DNA of 64,000 nucleotides. It comes from Deltaproteobacteria bacterium UBA2221 (GTDB taxonomy: Bacteria > Desulfobacterota > Syntrophorhabdia > Syntrophorhabdales > WCHB1-27). The notes beneath the pieces are model-generated. The model ran no database searches, was not told the DNA's origin, and saw nothing but the letters and a program-made list of their open reading frames with translations. How positions within the stretch are numbered: the first letter of the stretch is position 1; the number at the start of each line of letters is the position of its first letter. The stretch is taken from contig DCUF01000082.1 of NCBI GenBank assembly GCA_002328485.1, forward strand, positions 14,533-78,532, written 5' to 3'. Both the position numbers and the translations under genes were made by a program. This document shows positions 56,996 to 64,000 of this stretch, piece by piece.

Positions 56996-57144
56996 CTGCC
57001 CCCGTCGGTTCTATCGGCTTGCAACGATCCTCCTCTCGTCGGTTCAACCCCCTCCCAATCTTTAACTGCCTGCCCCTTGCATTACCTCATCGTTGGTTAT
57101 ACCATAGGCCATAGATACCAGATAAAAACAGGGGGTAGGGCTTC

Positions 57145-58176
57145 ATGAAGGTAGGTGTGATCAGGGATCCGATCTATCTGGAACATGTCGCCGATGAGTT
57201 CCATCCCGAAAATCCCGAAAGATTGCAAAGCATTTACGAAATGCTGGAGCGGCTTCCCCAGGAAGGGCTCGTCTATCTGACCCCCCGGTCTGCAACCCCT
57301 GAGGAGATCTGCCTGATCCACGACACCCGGTACCACGACGAGGTCGCTCAGACAGCCGGAAGAGCGTACACCCGGCTCGATCCTGATACGTCGACCTCAC
57401 CGAAATCCTATGAAGCTGCCTGCAAAGCAGTCGGCGGCACACTTGATCTGGCCGATGCCGTAATGAAGAGGGAGATTGACAATGGCATCGCCCTTATCCG
57501 CCCCCCAGGCCATCATGCCGAGAAGGACAGGGCAATGGGGTTCTGTCTCTTTAACAATATTGCCGTAGGGGCGCGTTACCTGGCCCAAAAGTATGAGCTG
57601 GAGCGTACGCTCCTCGTAGATTTCGATCTCCATCACGGAAACGGGACGCAGCACGCCTTTTACGAGGACCCAAGGGTGCTCTATTTCTCAACCCACCAAT
57701 ATCCTTACTATCCTGGCTCAGGATGGTACAGTGAGATCGGACGGGGAGAGGGGGAAGGCTATACAATCAATGTGCCGCTGACCTATGGCATGGGGGACGC
57801 TGACTACGGGTATATCTTCAACCAACTGCTGGTCCCGGTAGCGGACGCCTTCCACCCCCAGATCGTGCTCGTGTCCGCAGGTTTCGATATACACCGGGAT
57901 GATCCCCTGGGCGGGATGGCCGTGACCGAGGCCGGTTTTGCCAACATGACCAGAATCCTTCTCGATATCGCGTCACATCACTGCGGCGGGAAAATGCTTG
58001 TTGCTCTTGAAGGAGGATACGACGTGGTCGGTCTGACACGATCCGTCCAAGCCATGATCATGGAGATGAAAGGAACGTCCGTAAGCGAGCCCATACAGGA
58101 TGAACCCTGCAGGGGTGTGATGCAAACGGTTGCCAGCGTGAAGGATGTCTTGAGGTCGTTCTGGAAGACGCTTTAA
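57145..58176 (+). CDS. Histone deacetylase-family (AcuC/APAH-like) deacetylase
   Basis: RPPGHHA...DFDLHHGNGTQ...GFD is present. Confidence 0.85.
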   Translation: MKVGVIRDPIYLEHVADEFHPENPERLQSIYEMLERLPQEGLVYLTPRSATPEEICLIHDTRYHDEVAQTAGRAYTRLDPDTSTSPKSYEAACKAVGGTLDLADAVMKREIDNGIALIRPPGHHAEKDRAMGFCLFNNIAVGARYLAQKYELERTLLVDFDLHHGNGTQHAFYEDPRVLYFSTHQYPYYPGSGWYSEIGRGEGEGYTINVPLTYGMGDADYGYIFNQLLVPVADAFHPQIVLVSAGFDIHRDDPLGGMAVTEAGFANMTRILLDIASHHCGGKMLVALEGGYDVVGLTRSVQAMIMEMKGTSVSEPIQDEPCRGVMQTVASVKDVLRSFWKTL

Positions 58177-58454
58177 CCTTCCTTCCAGATAGCTTCTTTT
58201 AGTTCTTTGCCGACCTTAAAATAAGGCAGGCGCTTGGGTGGCACGTTCACCACCTCTCCGTTCTTGGGGTTTCTGCCTTTGTAGGGTTTGTAGCTTCTCA
58301 AAGAAAAGCTGCCGAATCCCCTGATCTCAACCCTGTCGCCCGTAACAATAGCCTGCTTTATGCTATCAATGATAGTATCTACCACGATTTTGGCTACCTT
58401 CTGATTGATGTTCGCCGTCTCAGAAAGTTTATTCACGATGTCTATTTTATTCAT
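58173..58454 (-). CDS. HU/IHF-family DNA-binding protein (IHF-beta-like)
   Basis: MNKIDIVNKL...VEIRGFGSFSLRSYKPYKGRNPKNGEVVNVPPKRLPYFKVGKEL is present. ATG 58454; the track start is 58496. Confidence 0.85.
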   Translation of the reverse strand: MNKIDIVNKLSETANINQKVAKIVVDTIIDSIKQAIVTGDRVEIRGFGSFSLRSYKPYKGRNPKNGEVVNVPPKRLPYFKVGKELKEAIWKEG

Positions 58455-58548
58455 TAGAGTGTCTCTCCTCTCATCCGTAGATTCAATCTGGGGCAAATTT
58501 TATCTGCTTTGCCAGCTAAGATGCAAGAGGAAAATTGAATTATTTTCA

Positions 58549-59346
58549 TCATGATGCGTAGCTATGGAGACCCGAGAGAACAAAATTGACCCCGAAGTAT
58601 GTGAAAATAACGCTCGCGAAACCAATGATCGACAAAAAAGCCACACGCCTCCCGGTCCAGCCCCTTGCATACCGTGCATGGAGGAAGATCGCATAGACAA
58701 TCCAGGTAATAAGAGACCAGGATTCCTTGGGGTCCCAGCTCCAATAGGAGCCCCATGCATAGCTGGCCCATACCGCTCCCGTCAGGATGCCCGCACTGAG
58801 CATGGGAAAGCCTACCATGACGCTCCGGTAGTTGATTTCCTCAAGGGCATCCTTGGAGGGCATGAAGGGGAGGTGAAGAAAATAGAAGATGCCGCAGAAA
58901 AAGGAAATGGCGAAAGCGGCGTAGGCGAGAAAACAGGTGAGGACATGGATGTGAAGCCAGTTGCTCTGGAGGGCAGGTATGAGAGGTTGAATGGTAGACG
59001 GCCACAGGGACGAAAAGCCCATGAAAAAAAGAGCAGCGGCGCAGAGGCACAGCAAAAGAAGGGGTGGAAGCACCTTTCTCATGACGATCTGGATGAGAAG
59101 CAAGCACCAGGCATAAAAGATGAGCGATTCGTAGAGATTAGAGAGGGGGGCGTGGGGGGTGCCGAGGAGGTAAGACTCCCTCCACCGGACCAGAATTCCT
59201 GCCGTGTGAATGGCGAAGGTCGCATATAAAAGGAGCCATGCCGCTTTAAGGACAGCTTCCTTTTTTGTCACGAGAAAAATCAAAAATAGCAAAACAAGGA
59301 GGACGTCCAATAGAGTCGTCAGTCCCAGAATCTTATCGTTAAGCAT
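58549..59346 (-). CDS. ccsA: Cytochrome c biogenesis protein CcsA/ResC (System II)
   Basis: WGSYWSWDPKESWSLITW is the W-rich haem-handling motif. The protein is multi-TM. Confidence 0.85.
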   Translation of the reverse strand: MLNDKILGLTTLLDVLLVLLFLIFLVTKKEAVLKAAWLLLYATFAIHTAGILVRWRESYLLGTPHAPLSNLYESLIFYAWCLLLIQIVMRKVLPPLLLLCLCAAALFFMGFSSLWPSTIQPLIPALQSNWLHIHVLTCFLAYAAFAISFFCGIFYFLHLPFMPSKDALEEINYRSVMVGFPMLSAGILTGAVWASYAWGSYWSWDPKESWSLITWIVYAIFLHARYARGWTGRRVAFLSIIGFASVIFTYFGVNFVLSGLHSYAS

Positions 59347-60643
59347 CGATTCTCTCCTTCAGCCGCTCAAACTCCCGTTTAAAACCTTCCCTGTTTTTTC
59401 GTGAAGTTCCGGCAACCATCACGCCATTATCCCTTGGGATAAGATAGACGCGCCGGTGGTAGAAGCCGAAGTTGATGTAGAGACCGGCCATGAGAAGAAA
59501 AAAACCACACCACACGAACCACAAGCCGGGGTCGCTCGTCACCTCAAGACCGGTGTATTGCTGCTGGGTTAGTCTCTCCAGTTTGACGGGAATGCCGGCG
59601 ATCGTCTGTTCTCTCAACCGAGGCACGTCCCTCAGGAACCAGATGGCCTTCGGTTCGCCGTTATCAAGGTAGGCCACCTGGACGCCCGGCCCAAAGTCGT
59701 GCACCGAAGGTGCGTACCGAACAACCATGAGGGCAAGCGATCCCTGCCGAAACGTACCTCCTTCGTTCAGAAGAACACTCTTGCCGCCAATAACGAACTC
59801 GAAGGCAGCATCGGTTCCATAGGTTGCCTGATAGAAACTGATGCCTCTATGGGTCAACGGATCATTGACCCGGACATCCTTTTTCAGAACAACCCGTTTG
59901 TTTTCAACTACTTCTAAACTGCTGAGGAACTCCTTTGGTTGGCCGTTTTCGTAGAAGCTGACCCTAAAATCGACACATCTGATGGAAAAGTCGAGGGACC
60001 TACGAGCCGCCTCGCCGCCTCCCCTCAGTGTGATGGTATCGGCAGACTCGCCCACAGGGAGGTTGAGCGAGCCCTTAAAGCCAAGCATGAGCCCCAGAAG
60101 CCCCCCAAGAAGAATCAGCAATATGCTGGTGTGGATAATAAACACCCCATATTGGGCGAATCTCCCTTTTTCCAGGATCACTCCCTGCTGTGAGGTGAGT
60201 ACGGCCCGGTATCCCCTACAAAGGCGCTGCACTTCTTCGAGCCTTGTTCCTTGGCAAAAAAAGGTGAGGGCCAGGGTGCTCAGGTATGACTCCTTGGGCA
60301 ATGCCTCTGAGGAGCGGTTTTTCAGAAAAAGGGTGAACCTGTTGACCGTACAGAGGATCAGATTAAGAGAAAAAAGGACTAGCGCGAGAAGAAACCACCA
60401 ACTATGGAAGACGTCATCAAGCCCGAAAATGTGAATAACGGCGTACCCTTGCTCTGAAAAGAGAGAGACGTACTCTTCAGACGAGGCCTGTTGCTTTATC
60501 AGGGTTCCAAGTATGGAGGTTGCGGCAATGAAAGAGAGAAGAAATATGGCAAATCGGACAGAACCGAGAAACGTGAGCAGCCGCTCCGTGCGCGAACGTC
60601 CGTTTGGGGAGGCGCTCCCTGGCCTACCGTTTGTGACAGCCAT
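59339..60643 (-). CDS. resB: Cytochrome c biogenesis protein ResB/Ccs1 (System II)
   Basis: The N-terminus FLGSVRFAIFLLSFIAATSILGTLI is followed by a large soluble loop and a C-terminal TM. It overlaps ccsA by 8 nt. Confidence 0.8.
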   Translation of the reverse strand: MAVTNGRPGSASPNGRSRTERLLTFLGSVRFAIFLLSFIAATSILGTLIKQQASSEEYVSLFSEQGYAVIHIFGLDDVFHSWWFLLALVLFSLNLILCTVNRFTLFLKNRSSEALPKESYLSTLALTFFCQGTRLEEVQRLCRGYRAVLTSQQGVILEKGRFAQYGVFIIHTSILLILLGGLLGLMLGFKGSLNLPVGESADTITLRGGGEAARRSLDFSIRCVDFRVSFYENGQPKEFLSSLEVVENKRVVLKKDVRVNDPLTHRGISFYQATYGTDAAFEFVIGGKSVLLNEGGTFRQGSLALMVVRYAPSVHDFGPGVQVAYLDNGEPKAIWFLRDVPRLREQTIAGIPVKLERLTQQQYTGLEVTSDPGLWFVWCGFFLLMAGLYINFGFYHRRVYLIPRDNGVMVAGTSRKNREGFKREFERLKERIDA

Positions 60644-60974
60644 TACATTTCGTCGGTATTTTATCTGGTTTTTTTGCTTTCCCTGCCTGTTCCTTATGAC
60701 AGGTCACGCATTGCTGGTGAAACGACTCCTTTGCAGATGGTGTCTTGCCCTCGGCCTCAGGTTTATGGCAGGTGGTGCAGGCCTTGGGTTGGGCGGGATC
60801 CAAGTGATGGCATAGAGCGCACTGGAGCTTCTGCCCGTCAACATGCGAAGAGTGGGAAAAACCAACCGGCGGAAGCTTTGCGCCGGGGAGCTTGATTGTC
60901 ACATCCTGTGTCGGGCCCTGGGAAAGCGCCACGGTGGATGCCTGCAAAAAGAGGAACAGTCCGCACGCGGCCAT
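60624..60974 (-). CDS. Small tetraheme c-type cytochrome (c3-like)
   Basis: There are four CxxCH motifs in 116 aa: CALCH, CTTCH, CVTCH and CNGCH. An N-terminal signal-like segment is present. Confidence 0.8.
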   Translation of the reverse strand: MAACGLFLFLQASTVALSQGPTQDVTIKLPGAKLPPVGFSHSSHVDGQKLQCALCHHLDPAQPKACTTCHKPEAEGKTPSAKESFHQQCVTCHKEQAGKAKKPDKIPTKCNGCHKR

Positions 60975-61092
60975 CGTCGGAAAGGTTCGTATGCCTTTGG
61001 GTTTCGTGGCGACCTCCCAATTTTTCTGTTATTATGTACCAATGAGCAGAACCCGTCAAGGCTGAAAGCAGGGGAGTTTCAGGAGGTACTTA

Positions 61093-62100
61093 ATGATTAC
61101 GGGGATAGGCAGCCTTCCCTTTGTTGATGTGGATCAGGCCATCGATCTTATTTTCTCGACCTGTTGCGAGGTGCCCTTTTGGCCGCAGCTCCCCAAGCGG
61201 GCGTTCATGGAGGGTATGTACGCCCAATTCCTCGAAGGGGTGCCCGGGGTCGTCTTTGATCCCCAGGGAGAATCGGTTTACATAGATACCGAGGATACCA
61301 CTGGTGTGGAGCGCTTTTACGAGGATTTCTATGAAGGGCATATGGACGCGTTCAGGATCACTGAAGGGACGGCACCCGGTCTCTACAGACTGGTGGAGAG
61401 ACTCCCTGAGATAGGGGACCAGGTGAAGCTCATCAAGGGCCACGTAACGGGCCCTTTTACCATGGGTCTTGGCATCAAAGACCGCCAGGGGAAGGCGATT
61501 ATCTACGATGCATCCTACTTTGACATGGTCAAGAAGGCCCTGCACATGAAGGCCCGCTGGACCATTTCCCTATTCAAAAGCCGCTTCCCGGAAAAGGATG
61601 TAATCATCTTTTTCGATGAACCCTACATGGTCTCCTTCGGCTCGGCCTACGTCTCCGTATCAAAAGAGGACGTCGTAGGTCTGATGAATGAGGTGCTGGA
61701 TGGACTGGATGCAAAGAAGGGCATCCACTGCTGCGGTAATACGGACTGGTCGGTCCTGTTCGATGTTCACACCGATATCATCAACTACGACGCAGTTGAG
61801 TACATGGATACTATCTTCTACTATAGAACGGAGCTTGAGGGGTTCTTTAAGAGGGGAGGAATGATTGCACCGGGTATAATCCCCTCGTCGGAACAGGCCC
61901 TCGCGGTTTCAAGTGAGCAGATACGGGGTTGGTGGGGGAGGTTTCTGGAGTTGGCCTCGGCTGTCGAAGGTTCTACGGGCAGTGAATATCTTTTTACGCC
62001 GAGTTGCGGTCTGGGTACCGTGAGCCCTGAGGCAGCGGAGAGGGTCTTTCACCTGCTGGCTGAGTTTGCGTCCAGCCTTGTCTCACCGGCACCAAGGTGA
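61093..62100 (+). CDS. Cobalamin-independent methionine synthase (MetE C-terminal)/UROD-like family protein
   Basis: 335 aa. ITGIGSLPF...FDEPYM...IHCCGNTDW...PSCGLG resembles the MetE-C/URO-D barrel. The function was not verified. Confidence 0.45.
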   Translation: MITGIGSLPFVDVDQAIDLIFSTCCEVPFWPQLPKRAFMEGMYAQFLEGVPGVVFDPQGESVYIDTEDTTGVERFYEDFYEGHMDAFRITEGTAPGLYRLVERLPEIGDQVKLIKGHVTGPFTMGLGIKDRQGKAIIYDASYFDMVKKALHMKARWTISLFKSRFPEKDVIIFFDEPYMVSFGSAYVSVSKEDVVGLMNEVLDGLDAKKGIHCCGNTDWSVLFDVHTDIINYDAVEYMDTIFYYRTELEGFFKRGGMIAPGIIPSSEQALAVSSEQIRGWWGRFLELASAVEGSTGSEYLFTPSCGLGTVSPEAAERVFHLLAEFASSLVSPAPR

Positions 62101-62640
62101 GCCCCATCCCCAAAAAGGGTAGCGTCCGTAGGGATACCGCCAGTAAGGGTAAGGGGTCCAGGGATCGTTCCAGGGGGTAGGGGCGTAAATCTGTTCCTCC
62201 CATAGACGCAAATCCTCTATGTGAAAAAAAGGGTATGTGTAAGGCATCTCGTCGATCTTGCCGTTTCGCAGCCCTTCAAATGTTCCTGCCAGAGTGACCG
62301 CTCGATTCGCCTTGTAGATGGCAGGATCGAGAAAGCCCTTTGATTTGGGATAAAGGGCCATGAACCTTGAGGTATCCTTCGGTATCTCCTTCAAGTAACC
62401 GCCTGAATTCACCGGTGCATAGACCGCCTCAATGATCGACCCTTCCTGGGAAGCCCTGGTGTTGACTATGATACCTCCCAGCACGAAAAGGCTACCCTGG
62501 TAGCTTCCCGGGTTTTGTTCAAGCTTGGACACGGGGAGGTCGCGGATTCCCCGTTGGATAAGGTCCTTTCGAATGGCTGTCGTGCAGGCGGCCAAGAGAA
62601 GAGAAAGGAAGATGGCTGAGAACATTCGCAGGCCCTTCAT
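62083..62640 (-). CDS. slp: Slp-family outer-membrane lipoprotein
   Basis: The lipobox is LLLAAC. YQGSLFVLGGIIVN is Slp-like. The C-terminal tail is Trp/Tyr/Pro-rich. Confidence 0.65.
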   Translation of the reverse strand: MKGLRMFSAIFLSLLLAACTTAIRKDLIQRGIRDLPVSKLEQNPGSYQGSLFVLGGIIVNTRASQEGSIIEAVYAPVNSGGYLKEIPKDTSRFMALYPKSKGFLDPAIYKANRAVTLAGTFEGLRNGKIDEMPYTYPFFHIEDLRLWEEQIYAPTPWNDPWTPYPYWRYPYGRYPFWGWGSPWCR

Positions 62641-62708
62641 GTTTCAATAGTAACCACGAGTTCGGACCGTGGCAAGTCCGACAGGCACATGAAGACGGCC
62701 GTCAATGG

Positions 62709-63015
62709 ATGTGTCGCTCGTTTTCCGAAAACCGTTTCAATCAAATGATTCCTGGGAGCTCTGCTTCGGGAAAAGATAGCCGTGTGAATGAAGATGTCCT
62801 TAAAAGACAAAACAAAAGGCTGCTTCTTTATCATATCGTTTGCCCGGCAAAATACAGAAGGAAGGTGTTTAGCCAAGAGGTGGAGATGACCCTTAACAAG
62901 CATGTCTGGGCATAGAGGAAAGGTTCGAGATCAAATCTATTGGTGGCCCTTGATAAGACAGGAAACAAGCCCCGTGTTGACTTGCCGGCCTCAACGGGAT
63001 GGCATGCCATTCCGT
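62709..63015 (+). mobile_element. IS200/IS605-family Y1 transposase remnant (truncated/frameshifted) with a nearby subterminal-like palindrome
   Basis: LLLYHIVCPAKYRRKVF matches the conserved N-terminal YHIV..KYRR block. The ORF stops at 62915. A possible continuation (ERFEIKSIG) lies in another frame and then stops, and no HUH segment is present. The palindrome is ACGGGATGGCA/TGCCATTCCGT at 62994-63015. Confidence 0.5.
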
Positions 63016-63036
63016 TTGACGGAGCTACCGCTGTAG

Positions 63037-63299
63037 GAAAGGCCTGGTCTGCTGGTGGTCTATCTTAACCTTCCCATCTTCGATGGTTTCAGGGCGGAAG
63101 GGAAGGTAACCCAGGCCGAAAGGCTCCTTCACATGGCTGAAAAGGGCTTTGAATAGGGGGTAAAAACAAGGCTTGACGTCGACGATGCTCAGCTGAATCT
63201 GACCCAGGCCCGCGCCAATCTGGCGAAGGCGAGCAGAGACTATCTCATCGCCATGGTGACCATGGAATGGACCATCGGAACCCTGGCCCGAAGACAATG
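63037..63299 (+). pseudogene. 3' fragment of a TolC-family outer-membrane efflux protein with an in-frame TAG
   Basis: The frame reads ERPGLLVVYLNLPIFDGFRAEGKVTQAERLLHMAEKGFE*GVKTRLDVDDAQLNLTQARANLAKASRDYLIAMVTMEWTIGTLARRQ*. This is the typical C-terminal OEP repeat. There is no upstream remainder, and the internal stop is at 63154-63156. Confidence 0.55.
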
Positions 63300-63372
63300 A
63301 GGGCTAACCTTGACAGCCCAGCGGGTTTGATGCAAGCTGTTAAGGGAAGGAATTAATCCGTAAGGGGGGGTT

Positions 63373-63579
63373 ATGGCACACTATACGAAGGATATCCCGA
63401 GACCTGACTTCAAAGGAGAAACGAATACGGACTTCAAGGTGGACGTACAGGTCCAGTGCGTAAATGCAGCAACGTGCGAGGTGAAGGACTGCCCGCACGC
63501 GGCAGTCCATGTGGCGGAGGCGAGTTGCTCCGAACCATGTGCAAAGAAGATAGCCGAGAAGTGCAAGGTCGTTGTCTAA
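63373..63579 (+). CDS. Small Cys-rich hypothetical protein (68 aa, 6 Cys)
   Basis: ATG follows a GGGGGGG purine tract. No family was recognised. Confidence 0.3.
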   Translation: MAHYTKDIPRPDFKGETNTDFKVDVQVQCVNAATCEVKDCPHAAVHVAEASCSEPCAKKIAEKCKVVV

Positions 63580-63614
63580 GGGGCCGAGCAAGGAAGGGGC
63601 GTACGGAACCGTCT

Positions 63615-64000
63615 TTATAACCTCATCCCGGGCCTTTTTCTGAGCCGATCTTCCGGAACCGGGGCTTCACTTGGATAGATCGGGTTTGCCTCGGTCCACC
63701 AGCCTGGTCGCTCTCTGTCCGAAAACTCTATCTTTCTGAGGAATTTCGTCCCCTTGTAGCCCAAATCGTAAGGAGATATCAGGCGGAGCGGAGCGCCATG
63801 CTGATCCGTCAAAGCCTTGCCTTCGAGGGACAAGGCAAGCAGGCACTCTCGTTCGGGGTCGAGCAGGCGAGCGAGGGGGAGCGATTCAACATAGTGATCT
63901 AACCCACCTGGTCTGGATCGGGTCGTGCCGAGGGCGTGAAAGATCGCGTAGCGTGCCTCCGGTTTTGGTTTAGTCTTCTTCACAATTTCTGAAAATCGAA
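63615..64000 (-). CDS. Molybdopterin-binding oxidoreductase domain protein (sulfite-oxidase fold, MsrP/YedY-like); 5' end beyond the window
   Basis: LSLEGKALTDQHGAPLRLISPYDLGYKGTKFLRKIEFSDRERPGWW matches the family C-terminal pattern (GxPLRLvvP..g.k..Kwl..I.f). The frame stays open upstream of the track start 63983 to base 64000. Confidence 0.6.
   Translation of the reverse strand, partial: RFSEIVKKTKPKPEARYAIFHALGTTRSRPGGLDHYVESLPLARLLDPERECLLALSLEGKALTDQHGAPLRLISPYDLGYKGTKFLRKIEFSDRERPGWWTEANPIYPSEAPVPEDRLRKRPGMRL

Noticed and set aside
1-64000. CRISPR arrays, rRNA genes, prophage or recognisable defence-system genes
   Set aside because: None were seen. There are no regularly spaced direct repeats, no rRNA-like conserved stretches, and no nuclease/helicase/methylase-type ORFs outside the housekeeping functions listed.

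Overview
This is a gene-dense bacterial chromosomal window with about 60 CDS, one tRNA-His, no rRNA and no CRISPR array. All calls rest on motifs I can read in the translations; no search was run. The content (BamA-type ring hydrolase, tetraheme c3-type cytochrome, probable selenoprotein, DUF35/thiolase pair) suggests an anaerobic, probably deltaproteobacterial/Syntrophales-like aromatic-degrading organism, which is inference only.

Left to right:
- A partial REC-RAM response regulator and greA.
- A minus-strand alternative spermidine operon (XRE-cupin regulator, pdaD, speB, carboxy(nor)spermidine dehydrogenase and decarboxylase).
- A TPP enzyme, suhB-like IMPase, a V4R protein plus histidine kinase, an MBL hydrolase and ogt.
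- An RfaH-like NusG paralog, then a 538-bp leader carrying an ops-like GGCGGTAGC, then a roughly 19-kb co-directional surface-polysaccharide locus. The locus holds a WbpB/D/E-like cassette, an NDP-amino-dideoxyhexose cassette, Wzx, an AsnB-type amidotransferase, a 2-epimerase, five GT-B glycosyltransferases (one of them a low-confidence family call) and an initiating phosphoglycosyl transferase.
- A geranylgeranyl-reductase-like flavoprotein and a DsbC/DsbG-like gene interrupted by an in-frame TGA at the CxxC position (a candidate selenoprotein with a downstream hairpin).
- rpsT, then a minus-strand xerC-hslVU-argBDFG-lptE array, tRNA-His and DUF89.
- A DUF35/thiolase pair, mltG and ruvX.
- A benzoyl-CoA lower-pathway module (SDR, had, bamA/oah, dch), an M24 peptidase, radA, and an Rrf2 regulator followed by a signal-peptide-less YkuD::Mur-ligase fusion.
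- HDAC, HU/IHF, a cytochrome c3-resB-ccsA operon, a MetE-like protein and Slp.
- A decayed patch (IS200 transposase remnant plus TolC pseudogene) and a partial MsrP/YedY-like gene at the right edge.

The most interesting items are the UGA-recoded DsbC/DsbG, the RfaH/ops-controlled glycan locus, the cytoplasmic YkuD-Mur ligase fusion, and the dch-had-oah module.
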